From the NCBI GenBank assembly GCA_963842165.1, contig CAWJFK010000025.1, forward strand, positions 125,681 to 189,680: a DNA stretch of 64,000 nucleotides. Reading direction: 5' to 3'. The position numbers and the translations under genes are program-made. Source of the DNA: an uncultured Thermoplasmata archaeon (GTDB lineage Archaea > Thermoplasmatota > Thermoplasmata > Lutacidiplasmatales > UBA184). The notes below the pieces were generated by a model. That model made no database searches. It worked only from the letters and a program-made list of their open reading frames with translations, and was not told the origin of the DNA. How positions within the stretch are numbered: position 1 is the first letter of the stretch; each line of letters starts with the position of its first letter. Below are positions 33,008 to 43,300 of this stretch, in pieces.

Positions 33008-35770
33008 CCCGCCTCTCCGACCTGCTCGCCGCGGGCCAGTCGCCCTGGCTCGATTTCATCCGGCGGAGTCTCCTCACGAGCGGCGACCTGCGCAAGATGG
33101 TCGAGGTCGACGGGATCACCGGGGTCACCATCAACCCCACGATCTTCGACAAAGCGATCGCGGGTAGCCAGGACTACGACGAAGCGATCAAGGCGTTGCT
33201 CGCGCGGGAGCCGCGGGTTGCCGGCCGCGGAGCTGTACGAGCGGCTCGCCGTCGAGGACGTCACCCGCGCCGCCGACGTCCTTCGCCCGGTCTTCGACCG
33301 GACCGGCGGGAAGGACGGGTTCGTCAGCCTAGAGGTCTCACCGCGTCTGGCGCACGACACGGCCGGCACCGTCGCCGAGGCCCACCGCCTGTGGGACGCG
33401 GTCGATCGTCCGAACCTCCTGATCAAGGTCCCGGCCACCACCGAAGGAATCCCGGCGATCGAGGAGTTGCTTGCGTCCGGGATCAACGTCAACATCACCC
33501 TGATGTTCTCCATGGCTCACTACGAGGCGGTCGCTCAGGCGTATCTGCGCGCCCTCGGCCGCGCTCCCGACCACAACCGACTCGCGTCGGTCGCCTCGGT
33601 CTTCGTCGAGCCGGATCGACACCGCGGTCGATCAGCTCCTCGACGCGGTGGCCACGCCCGAGGCGAAGGCGCTGAGGGGTCAGGTCGCCATCGCCAACTG
33701 CCGCGTGCTCTACGCCCGGTTCCAGGAGATCTTCGAGGGCCTCCCGTTTGCCGCGTGGGAAGGGAAGGGGGCGCGCCCCCAACGCGTGCTCTGGGCGAGC
33801 ACGAGCACGAAGGACCCTAGCGTACCGGGACACGATGTACGTCGAGGAGCTCGTCGGGCCGGACACGGTGGACACCATCCCGCCGGCGACCCTCACCGCG
33901 TTCGAGGACCACGGTGTGGTCCGGCCCGGTGCGGTCGTACGCGGGGTTCCCGAGGCGCGGGCCCTCCTCGATCGGCTGGCGCGGCTCGGGATCGACCTCG
34001 CGAAGGTCACGGACGACCTCCAGGTCGAGGGCGTCGCCCTGTTCAGTGCCTCCTACGAACACCTCTTGAAATCGCTCGACGCGAAGAAGAACGCGCTCCT
34101 CGCGGGTGCGATCGACCCGCTGTCCTGGAGTCTCGGTTCGGCCGCGTCGCGCGTGGCGACCCGGATCGCTTCCTGGCAGGAGTCGCACGTGGGCGATCGG
34201 GTCTGGAAGAGCGACCCCAGCCTCTGGCCCGCCGCCCCGCCGGCGGACGTGGCTCAGCGGATGGGCTGGCTCCGTCTCCCGGAGACGATGCATCATGAGG
34301 TCAGCGAACTCGTTGCGTTCGCGGACGAAGTTCGCGCCGAAGGGATCCGGCACGTGGTCGTCCTCGGGATGGGGGGTTCGAGCCTCGCCCCCGACGTCTT
34401 CGCCCGAATGTTCGAGCACCAAAGCGGATTCCCGGAACTGCTGGTTCTCGACAGTACCCACCCCGACGCCGTGGCCGCGATGGGCCGGCGGGTCGACCCG
34501 CGGCACACCCTGTTCGTCGTCTCCAGCAAGTCGGGGACCACGACCGAGCCACTCTCCTTCTTCCACTACTTCTGGAACGTGCTGCGCGACCTGGGCGCTC
34601 CCCCGGGGCGGCACTTCCTCGCGATCACGGACCCCGGGACCCCGCTCGAGGGGTTGGCGAAGGAACGACACTTTCGGGAAACGTTCACGGCCGTCCCGAC
34701 CGTCGGGGGTCGGTACTCCGCTCTCACTCACTTTGGGCTCGTCCCGGCGGCCCTCGCCGGAGTCGATGTCCGAACGATCCTCGACCGGGCCCGAGCGATG
34801 GCAGCGAATGTCGGCCCGACGGTCCCCGTCGCGCAGAACCCTTCCCTCGGACTCGCCGCCGTCCTCGGCGAGATGGCGACCTCCGGCCGGGACAAGCTCA
34901 CGTTCTACGCCACCGGCGCGTTCGCACCGTTCCCCGACTGGCTGGAACAGCTGGTGGCGGAAAGCACGGGGAAGATCGGCCGCGGGATCGTGCCCGTCGT
35001 CGAGGAACCTCGCCTCCCTCCCGAGAACTACGGCTCCGACCGGCTGTTCGTGGCGATCGAGGGAGGCGGGCCGCCCGACGTTCCTCTGACGGCCCACCTC
35101 GCGCGGCTGGAGAGCGCGGGTCAGCCGATCGTGCGCCTCCGCGTTCCGGAGCTGACGGACCTGGGGCAAGAGTTCTTCCGGTGGGAGCTCGCGGTCGCCG
35201 CCTCCGGGAACGATCCTCGGGATCGACCCCTTCGACCAGCCGGACGTCGAGCTCGCGAAGGACCTCGCTCGCCAGGCGATGGCCGGACCGGCGGGCAGCG
35301 GCGGTACGCCTTCCGTCCCCACGGTCCTCGCGGCCGACCCCACGGACCTCGGGAGGGCCGTGCACGAGTGGAGGAAGTCGATCCGTCCGGGGGACTACGC
35401 TGGCCTCCAGGCCTACCTCGCTCCGACTCCGGAGACGAGGGCCGCGCTCACCACGCTCCGCGGGAGGATCGGCGAGCGACACCACATCGCTACGACGCTC
35501 GGGTTCGGACCTCGGTTCCTCCACTCGACCGGGCAGCTCCACAAGGGGGGCCCGCCGTCGGGGCTCTTCCTCCAGATCGTCGACGCCCCGAAGCACGACC
35601 TCGAAGTACCCGGGACGGACTACACCTTCGGGCAGCTCATCCACGCGCAGGCGCTGGGCGATTATCAAGCGCTTCGGCAGAAGGGGCGACGGGTGCTGCG
35701 CGTGGACCTCGGAACCCGACGTTCCGGGAGGGTTGGCACGACTCGCCGAGGCCTTCGATGGCTAGGATCT
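33004..35770 (+). CDS. Bifunctional transaldolase / glucose-6-phosphate isomerase fusion (several frameshifts)
   Basis: Tal part: [24 protein letters not shown]...[35 protein letters not shown] part (in ORF 33748..37098): ...[16 protein letters not shown]...[15 protein letters not shown]...; the end ...[10 protein letters not shown] plus TAG at 35768..35770 is in another frame. Confidence 0.75.
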
Positions 35771-36390
35771 CGCTGCTGTTGTGGGATGTGGGCGGCGTCC
35801 TGTTGTCCAACGGGTGGGACCACACCGGCCGCGCGGCCGCCGCGGAGCATTTCCACCTGGACGCGAAGGACCTCGAGCGCCGGCACGAAGCGGTCGCCGA
35901 AGGGTTCGAGACCGGACGTCTGGACCTCGACCACTACCTCGCCGGCACCGTCTTTCAAGTCCCTCGCCCGTTCTCCCCGGACGATTTTCGCGCGTTCATG
36001 TGGGCTCGATCGACCCCGCACCCTCTCGCCCTCGTGTGCGCGCAGGCCCTCCGGAAGGAGGGACGGTACGTGATGGCGGCGCTCAACAACGAATCCACGG
36101 AGCTGAACGGTTACCGGATCTCTACGTTCCACCTGCGGGAGGTGTTCCATGTCTTCCTGAGCTCCTGCTACACCGGCCGCCGGAAACCGGACCCCGAGGC
36201 GTACCGGTATGCGCTGCAGATCACGCGACACGATCCCGACGAGGCCCTGTTCCTGGACGACCGGGAGGAGAACATCGCCGCCGCCGCACGCCTCGGTCTT
36301 CGCACCGTGCGCGTGCGCGATCCCGCGCGCGTCCGGGAGGAGCTCGCTTCGGCGGGGATCGTCCGGGGTAAGGAGGGGAGCGATGGAAGT
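35763..36390 (+). CDS. HAD-superfamily hydrolase (subfamily IA-like)
   Basis: [22 protein letters not shown]...FLDDREENIAAAARLGLRTVRV; the 3' end is approximate. Confidence 0.55.
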
Positions 36391-37291
36391 GGGAATCGTC
36401 GGCCTCGGAAAGATGGGCGGCAACATGACGGTCCGGCTGGTCCGGGGCGGTCACCGGGTCGTGGGGTACGCGCGGACCCCGGCCGTCGTCGAAGCGGTCG
36501 TTCAGCACGGCGCGGTCGGGGCGAACTCGCTCGCCGACCTGGTCCGCCAACTGAAGCCGCCTCGGGTCGTGTGGATGATGATCCCGTCCGGGGATCCGGT
36601 CGACCAAACCCTCGCCCAACTCCGTCCGCTCCTCTCCGCGGGGGACCTCGTCGTGGACGGAGGCAATTCCTACTATCGGGACACCCTGCGTCGGGCCGCG
36701 CTCGTCACGAGTTGGGGATTCCGATTCGTGGACGTCGGCACGAGCGGCGGGATCTGGGGTCTCGCGGAGGGGTACTCGATGATGGTCGGCGGGGCCGAAG
36801 TCGATGTCGAACGGCTCCGACCGATCCTCGAGACCCTGGCCCCCGGCCCGACGAAGGGCTGGGGCCGCATGGGGCCGGTCGGCTCGGGCCACTTCGTGAA
36901 GATGGTCCACAACGGGATCGAGTATGGCCTCATGCAGGCGTACGCCGAGGGGTTCGCGGTCCTCCAGGCGAAAAGCGACTTTGCTCTCGACCTCCACCAG
37001 GTCGCCGAGGTGTGGCGGGACGGCAGCGTCATTCGCTCGTGGCTGCTCGAACTCACCGAGGCGGCCCTCGCCGAGAACCCGACGCTGAAGGGGATTGAAC
37101 CCTGGGTCGCCGACTCGGGAGAGGGACGGTGGACCGTAACGGAGGCGATGGAGCTCAACATCCCGGCGCCGATCATCACCCTCGCCCTCCAGCAGCGGTT
37201 GCGCTCCCGCGAGACCGACCCGTTCACCGAACGCCTCCTCGCCCTGATGCGCAACAAGTTCGGCGGCCACGAAGTCAAGACGGAGCCGTAG
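36383..37291 (+). CDS. gnd: 6-phosphogluconate dehydrogenase, decarboxylating (short YqeC/Gnd-like form)
   Basis: MEVGIVGLGKMGGNMTVRLVRGGHRVVGY...GGNSYYRDT...GSGHFVKMVHNGIEYGLMQAYAEGF.... Confidence 0.85.
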   Translation: MEVGIVGLGKMGGNMTVRLVRGGHRVVGYARTPAVVEAVVQHGAVGANSLADLVRQLKPPRVVWMMIPSGDPVDQTLAQLRPLLSAGDLVVDGGNSYYRDTLRRAALVTSWGFRFVDVGTSGGIWGLAEGYSMMVGGAEVDVERLRPILETLAPGPTKGWGRMGPVGSGHFVKMVHNGIEYGLMQAYAEGFAVLQAKSDFALDLHQVAEVWRDGSVIRSWLLELTEAALAENPTLKGIEPWVADSGEGRWTVTEAMELNIPAPIITLALQQRLRSRETDPFTERLLALMRNKFGGHEVKTEP

Positions 37292-37293
37292 GG

Positions 37294-38752
37294 ATGGCCG
37301 AGCCCCTCGCTCGCCCGCACGTCTTCGTCGCCTTCGGGGCGACGGGGGACCTCATGCAGCGCAAGCTGTTGCCCGGCGCTCTTCCACCTCCAGCAGGAGG
37401 GACGGTTCCCGGCGGGCAGCATCGTCCTCGGGGCGGCGCGGCACCCGCACGACGACGCCGGCTTTCGCGCGACGTGCTCCCAATCGTTGCTCACCGACGC
37501 GGCCGGTCCCGAGTCGGAGGTCCGGACGTTCTGCGGATCGAAACTGTTCTACCAGTGTCTGGGAGGTGACGGCCCCACCGGCTATCCCGGCCTCCGCGCG
37601 CGCATCGAGCAATTGGAACGGGACCACGGCCTTCCGGGGAACCGTATCTTCTATCTCGCGCTCCCGCTGGAAGCCTTCGGTCCCGCCCTCGAGGGTCTGG
37701 GCCAAGCGGGGCTCGCCAAAGGTCCGGGGTGGACCCGGGTCGTGGTCGAGAAGCCGTTCGGCCGAGACCTCGCGTCGGCGGTAGCGCTGAACGCGCTCGC
37801 GCACCGCTACTTCGAGGAGAAGCAGATCTTCCGCATCGACCACTACCTGGGCAAGGAGACCGTCCAGAACCTGCTCGTCTTCCGGTTCGCCAACGCGTTC
37901 GTGGAGTCCGACTGGAACCGCGACCGCGTGGAGCAGGTCGAGATCACGGTGGCCGAGAGCCTCGGCGTCGAGGGGCGCGCCGGCTACTACGAGACCGCGG
38001 GCGCCCTCCGCGATATGGTCCAGAACCACGTCACCCAGATCCTCACGCTGACCGCGATGGAGCCCCCGGCCCGGCGCACCGAGGACGAGATCCGCGACGA
38101 GAAGGTGAAGGTGCTCCGAAGCACCTTGCCGATCCGCCCCCAGGACGTGGTTCGGGCGCAGTACCAGCGAGGGACGGTCGGCGGGGCCGCCGTCCTCGGG
38201 TATCGGGAAGAGCCGGGCGTTTCGCCGACCTCGACGACCGAGACCTACCTCGCCCTCCGGCTCCGGATCGCCAACTGGCGGTGGCACAACGTCCCCTTTC
38301 TGGTCCGAACGGGAAAGCGCCTCCCGGCGAAGTCGAGCCGTGTCGTGGTGACGTTCAAGGCCCCGCCGGTCTCGTTCTTCCAGTCCGAGAAGGAATACGA
38401 GATGAACCCCGACCGGCTCACGATCCTGCTCCAGCCGGAGGAGGGGTTCGAGATCGCCTTCGAGATCAAGGTTCCCGGACGCGAGATGCGCGTCCAGACC
38501 CACCGGATGAAGTTCCACTACGCCGACGTCTTCGGAGAGCTGCCGGACGGCTACGAGACGCTCGTGCAGGACGTCATGATCGGCGATGCGAGCCTGTTCG
38601 TCCGCGCCGATGAGGTCGAAGAATCCTGGCGGCTGTACGGTCCGATCCTCGTCGACCCGCCGCCGTTGGTCTTCTACCCCGCGGGCTCCGAAGGCCCCGA
38701 AGAGGCGAAGCGCCTCGCCGAAGCCTGGGGGCACCGGTGGAGCACGGAGTAG
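37294..38752 (+). CDS. zwf: Glucose-6-phosphate 1-dehydrogenase
   Basis: ...FVAFGATGDLMQRKLLPAL... (frameshift near 37370); ...EKPFGRDLASA...RIDHYLGKE...DMVQNHVTQILTLTAMEPP. Confidence 0.85.
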
Positions 38753-39518
38753 GTCGCATCGTTCACATCTACCCGGACCTACCGGCGGCCGCCCGGCGGC
38801 CGCGGCCCATCTCTTCACGCGAGCCGAGGAATCCGTCCGGGCGCGCGGTCGGTTCGCGTGGGTCCTGGCCGGCGGCCATACCCCCGAGGGTCTGTACCAC
38901 CTGCTTTCCCGGACCTACCGTCGCCGGTTCCCGTGGGGGGCCACGGAGGTCTACTTCGGTGACGAACGATGCGTGTCCCCCCGCGCCCCCGAGAGCAACT
39001 TTGCGATGGCCCGGTCGTCGCTCCTGGCCCAGGTCGCGATCCCGGCCCGCCGGATCCACCGGCTGCGGGGAGAGCTTCGCCCGCCCTCTCGGGCCGCCTC
39101 CGACTATGCCCGTCGACTCGGTTCTCCGGCCGCCCACCGGGGCATGGACCGGGCCCTGTTCGACCTGGTACTTCTGGGAATCGGGGCCGACGGGCACACG
39201 GCCTCTCTCTTTCCGAAGGATCGAGCTCTGCGCGAACGCTACCGCTCCGTGGTGAGCGTCCGCCGTCCGGGCCAGCCCCCGTTCGTCCCACGCCTCACGC
39301 TCACCCTTCCCGCGATCGCGTCCTCGCGCGAGGTCGTGTTCCTCGTCCCCGGCCCGGAGAAGGCCGCCGCAGCCGCGGCCATCTTTTGGTCCTTCCCGGA
39401 GGGCGATCCGAAGTGGCCGGCCAGCCTGGTCCGGTCCGCGGGCTCGACGGTCTGGTTCTTCGACCGCGCCGCGGCGTCCGAACTCCCGCCGGGACTTCGG
39501 CGGCGCGGAGCGGCCTAG
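38737..39518 (+). CDS. pgl: 6-phosphogluconolactonase (frameshift near 38790)
   Basis: ...WVLAGGHTPEGLYHLL...FGDERCV...LVLLGIGADGHTASLFP.... Confidence 0.75.
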
Positions 39519-40295
39519 CGACGCCCGGTCGGGTCGGGCTCGCCGGCGAGCTGGGGCGGGATGGCGCGTCGCGGCGGCAAAGACCTCGGGGCCGTTGGCG
39601 GGGAACCCGGGCCAACTCGACCCGCCCCATAGTCGGACGCCTCCCACGATGGCCTCGCGGTTGTCGCCGCGCCGGACTCCGGGCAGCATCCGGTCGAGCT
39701 TGCGCACGTTCCCCCCGCCGAGCACGACCTCGTCCGGCTCGAGCGCTGCCTCGAGGAGCTCGACTACCCGGTAGACCTCCTTCTGCCACTTCCGGCGACC
39801 GAGTCGATCGAGGCTGGCCTCCCCCACGTACTCTTCGAACGTCCGGCCCTTCTTGTACGGCAGGTGGGCGAGCTCCATGGGTTGGAGCTTCCCCTCGACG
39901 ATCATGGCCGAGCCGAGTCCGGTTCCGAGGCCCAGGAAGAGCATGTGGCCGCCGCGGTAACTTCCCAAGCCTTGCAGGGCGGCGTCGTTCACGATACGGA
40001 CCGGGCATCCGAACGCCGCCTCGAAATCGAAACCGACCCACCCGGCGCCGAGGTTGTGCGGTTCGCGAGCGATTCGACCTCGGACGACTAGCCCGGGGTA
40101 GCCCATCGCGATGACATCATACCGTTCTCCGGCCAAGAGCTTCGAGAGCCCGCGCACCATCCGTGACGGCGTGAGCCGGGGCCCGGACGGGATCCGCCGT
40201 TCCTTCGCGCTGTCGGAGAACGCGGCCTTGACATGACTCCCACCGATATCGAGCACGAGGATTCGGGAGGGTGCCCGTGGTTCCGGCGTCGACAT
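39519..40295 (-). CDS. ROK-family glucokinase (polyphosphate/ATP glucokinase-like)
   Basis: ORF 38769..40334(-): MSTPEPRAPSRILVLDIGGSHVKAA...IAMGYPGLV...; the 3' end is approximate. Confidence 0.65.
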
Positions 40296-40323
40296 GTTCG
40301 AGGCCCAGGAACGCGCGGGGCGG

Positions 40324-41065
40324 TTAAGGCTCACCGCGAGCCGGCCGGGAACGGGGCGAGTCCCGCGAGCGGCGAGGGCTCGACCCGGTCGGGAAGGCGA
40401 ATCGGAGGGACAGGAGATCCCCTCCGCGTCGGACCCCGTCGAGCTCGCCCCAGAGGGGGTGTTCGGGCGCGAAGGTCCGACCCGCCCACCAGCCGGGTCG
40501 ATTCATGTGGCCCCGCCCCGCGACCTGAGGTGCGAGCGTGAGGAACAGGGCCTCCAACCGGTGGTCCTCGAAGAACGTTCCCATGAGATGAGGTCCCCCT
40601 TCGATCAGTACCACGTCGGGGCGAATCCGCGCGCGGACGGCGTCGAGGCACCTGGGCGGCACCAATCTCTCCCGAGTGCCGCAGGGCGACCACGTCCACG
40701 CTCGGAACGTGACGGGCCCGGACCAAACGTCGGGCCCCTTGCTCATTGGTCACGATCAGTGCGGGGACTTGGCCCCGTGCGAAGAGCGGCAGGCGCAGGT
40801 CCAGTCGGCCCGTGGCCGTGACGATCACGTTCAACGGCATCGGGGGCTTCTTCAGCGAACGGCGCAAGGCGGCGTACTCGCGGGCCGCGGCAGGGTACAC
40901 GTGGTCGGCGGTCCAGGTGTGCCGAGGAACGGCTCGCAACGTGCCCGCCCCTACAATGACGACGTCGGCGAGGGCGCGCAGCAATCCCATTACGAATCGG
41001 TCGTACGGGTTGAACCCAGTGATCTCACTCCCGCTGGAGACTCCGTGGGCGTGGAGCGACACCAC
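40324..41065 (-). CDS. RibD C-terminal domain / dihydrofolate-reductase-like reductase (frameshifted)
   Basis: ...VMGLLRALADVVIVGAGTLRA... plus ...LIEGGPHLMGTFFEDHRLEALFLTLAPQVAG.... Confidence 0.6.
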
Positions 41066-41427
41066 GCCGTCAAGCGTCCTGTCGCGAAATTGCCCATGAC
41101 GAACGGCCTCGAAGAATGCGGGGGGATCCGGAGTGTCCCGTACACTCGAGCGAGGGCACGGGGCAATGGGACAGGCCGGCCCCGGGCACGGTCGAACAGC
41201 GACTCGAGCGGTGGGAGCGAATCTCGCGTCCCTCTAGGATCGGTCGCCGTCGCCGGTTGGGGCTTCGGGGAACGAAGGGTTGGGTCAGGTCCCATGTGGC
41301 GCACTTCTCGGGACGGTTCCGCCCCTCCCGCCCGACCTCGGGGCCCCTTCTAAGGTCGGTGGCGTCGGGCGCCCATCGCATCGGTCGTCGTCAGAACCGA
41401 CCTCTCCCTCGGGGTTCCGATTGAGTC

Positions 41428-41439
41428 GGAGCAATCATT
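41428..41439 (+). promoter_or_regulatory. AT-rich TATA-like element (CATTAAAATAAG) upstream of pilin gene
   Basis: The only AT-rich patch in the 440-bp divergent intergenic region. Confidence 0.3.
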
Positions 41440-41502
41440 AAAATAAGATGGACCCCGAAAAGAAACGGTCAGACCCCGAATACCCGACGGAGGAAGCACT
41501 TC

Positions 41503-42140
41503 ATGAACGTTCTCAACGCGAGCCCCCGGAACTGGAGAAAGAGACCGAGTCGGGCCGTGTCGCCCATCATCGCCACTATTCTCCTCGTGGCGGTCGCGGT
41601 CGTGCTGGCCGCCATTCTGTACGTGCTGGTCTCGGGGCTCGTCCACGGCCCCGGTCGACGCCCATTGGGAGCGCCTTCGCCGCGGGGCACCCGGCGACAG
41701 GTACTTGCGCGGCGGGGAGCGCCCAGTCGCTGGGGGCCGCGCCGATCTCGGGTGGTTGCAAGGCGGGCGATTTCATCTACACCCTTACGGTCGAGTCGTC
41801 CACGGTCTCGCTCGGGAGCGTGCTCTTCGTGGTCAAGACCGCCTCGGGCGCGGTCTACTCGGGTGGGAGCGCCAGTTCCTCCTTCGCACTGATCGATATC
41901 ACGAATCACGTCGCCGCCCTCAGCGTCACCGGTGCGACGATCGCGATGACCACGACCTGGCAAGCCTACGGTCTCACGACCACCGCTCCAACCTACACTT
42001 CGTCGAGCGCGTTGACCAACCTCCACACCATCGTGATCGACATGGGCTCCGCCTCCCCCACGACCGGCCAGGGGCTCAAGCTCGTCGCGGTGGGCACGGG
42101 CTCCTTCTCGGGCGCCACTGGTCCCCTCGCCCTGCCCTAG
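41503..42140 (+). CDS. Archaeal type IV pilin-like protein with class III signal peptide (frameshift near 41650-41700)
   Basis: MNVLNASPRNWRKRPSRAVSPIIATILLVAVAVVLAAILYVLVSGL (Pilin_N-type motif). The C-terminal domain in ORF 41448..42140 ends ...IVIDMGSASPTTGQGLKLVAVGTGSFSGATGPLALP. Confidence 0.7.
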
Positions 42141-42648
42141 TGGGTTCGTCCCTCCGCCCCCAACCCCCACTCCTTCCGCTCCGCCAGCACGACGCGTCTC
42201 CGCGCTACGCACGATCCCGCCAGCGGATACCGGCTTCCCGTCTGGCGCAACAGAATTCCGCCCCCCCGACCGGTCCCGAGGAATTCGCGAGGTCGCGCGG
42301 TAGGTCAATCGGCCGGTATGTGGTTCGAGACTGACCCATTTTCAGGGCCGGTACGCCGTCCGCTGGCCTGCCAACAGCGGACGGGCGCGTCGCGCGGGCA
42401 GGGTCTGATGCCGGGGCCACGCCTGGAACAGATTTTCGGATTCTATGCGTGTGTAACGGCTAATCCGCAACGACGACCGTTTCTCCGGCTTGGAAGAGAA
42501 CGGCGATGCCTATGCCAGGCTCCGAACGAATCTTCGGATTCTAGATCAGCCCCCCAACGAGGCAATCGAGGGGTGGCGTGAGCCTCCGGGCGAGGATTTC
42601 CCCGTTACTCAAACCCCGAGTTAGAAACGGGTTGGAGCCGTCGACTCG

Positions 42649-43194
42649 ATGACGTCTAGGCAAGGCAACGAGCGCTTAAGTCGAACACCCGATTTCCGCC
42701 TCCTATGCCCGAACGGGGCCACCGGTTGGTACGGTACCACCCGGGTTCGCTTGTCACTAGTGATCCGCGCCCCTTCGCGATACGTGTACGAGTGGTGCAC
42801 GGACTACCGGACCAGTGACTCGCGGTTCTCGAAGAGGCGTCCTCGTCCGACGTTTCGAGTGATCCGAGTTTCGCCGCGTCGCGTGGTCCGCATCCGCGTA
42901 GCCCGGGGCCGCGGTCGCGACCCCGCGATCGCCGTCGACCTGGTGCGTCTCAATCCGCCGTACTCCTGGCACCTCGATCAGATCGACGAAACCGATCGGC
43001 AGTCGCTGGATTATCGTGTTACCGCGATAGGCCCAGCGCGGACCCGCCTTCATCTGCTCTCCACCGAGCGCTGGGTCACGTCCGACCATCCGACTAAGGA
43101 AGAACTTCGGGCACAGATAGCGGCCACTTGGGCTCGGTTTGGGGCGGCCTGCGAGGCCGACTATCGTGCGGGACGGCCCGCGAGGGGACACTAA
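42649..43194 (+). CDS. Hypothetical protein, possibly SRPBCC/Bet v1-like fold
   Basis: 181-aa ORF with no frameshift; weak resemblance only. Confidence 0.3.
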   Translation: MTSRQGNERLSRTPDFRLLCPNGATGWYGTTRVRLSLVIRAPSRYVYEWCTDYRTSDSRFSKRRPRPTFRVIRVSPRRVVRIRVARGRGRDPAIAVDLVRLNPPYSWHLDQIDETDRQSLDYRVTAIGPARTRLHLLSTERWVTSDHPTKEELRAQIAATWARFGAACEADYRAGRPARGH

Positions 43195-43300
43195 AGGACC
43201 CCTTTCGGGGTCTCCTTAGAGAACTCCCTGGGCAGACAGCGGTCGGACCTGGAGGAGAGCTGGCTCAAGGTTAGGCAATGAGCCCCGTTCCACGAGCGGC

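Noticed and set aside
33748-37098. 1116-aa ORF covering pgi, HAD and gnd
   Set aside because: Only its middle part matches the PGI domain. The rest is Arg/Gly/Pro-rich junk from reading other genes out of frame. High GC inflates open frames.
38769-40334. 521-aa minus-strand ORF overlapping pgl
   Set aside because: Only its 5' third (40295 down to about 39530) is the ROK glucokinase. The remainder is antisense read-through of pgl.
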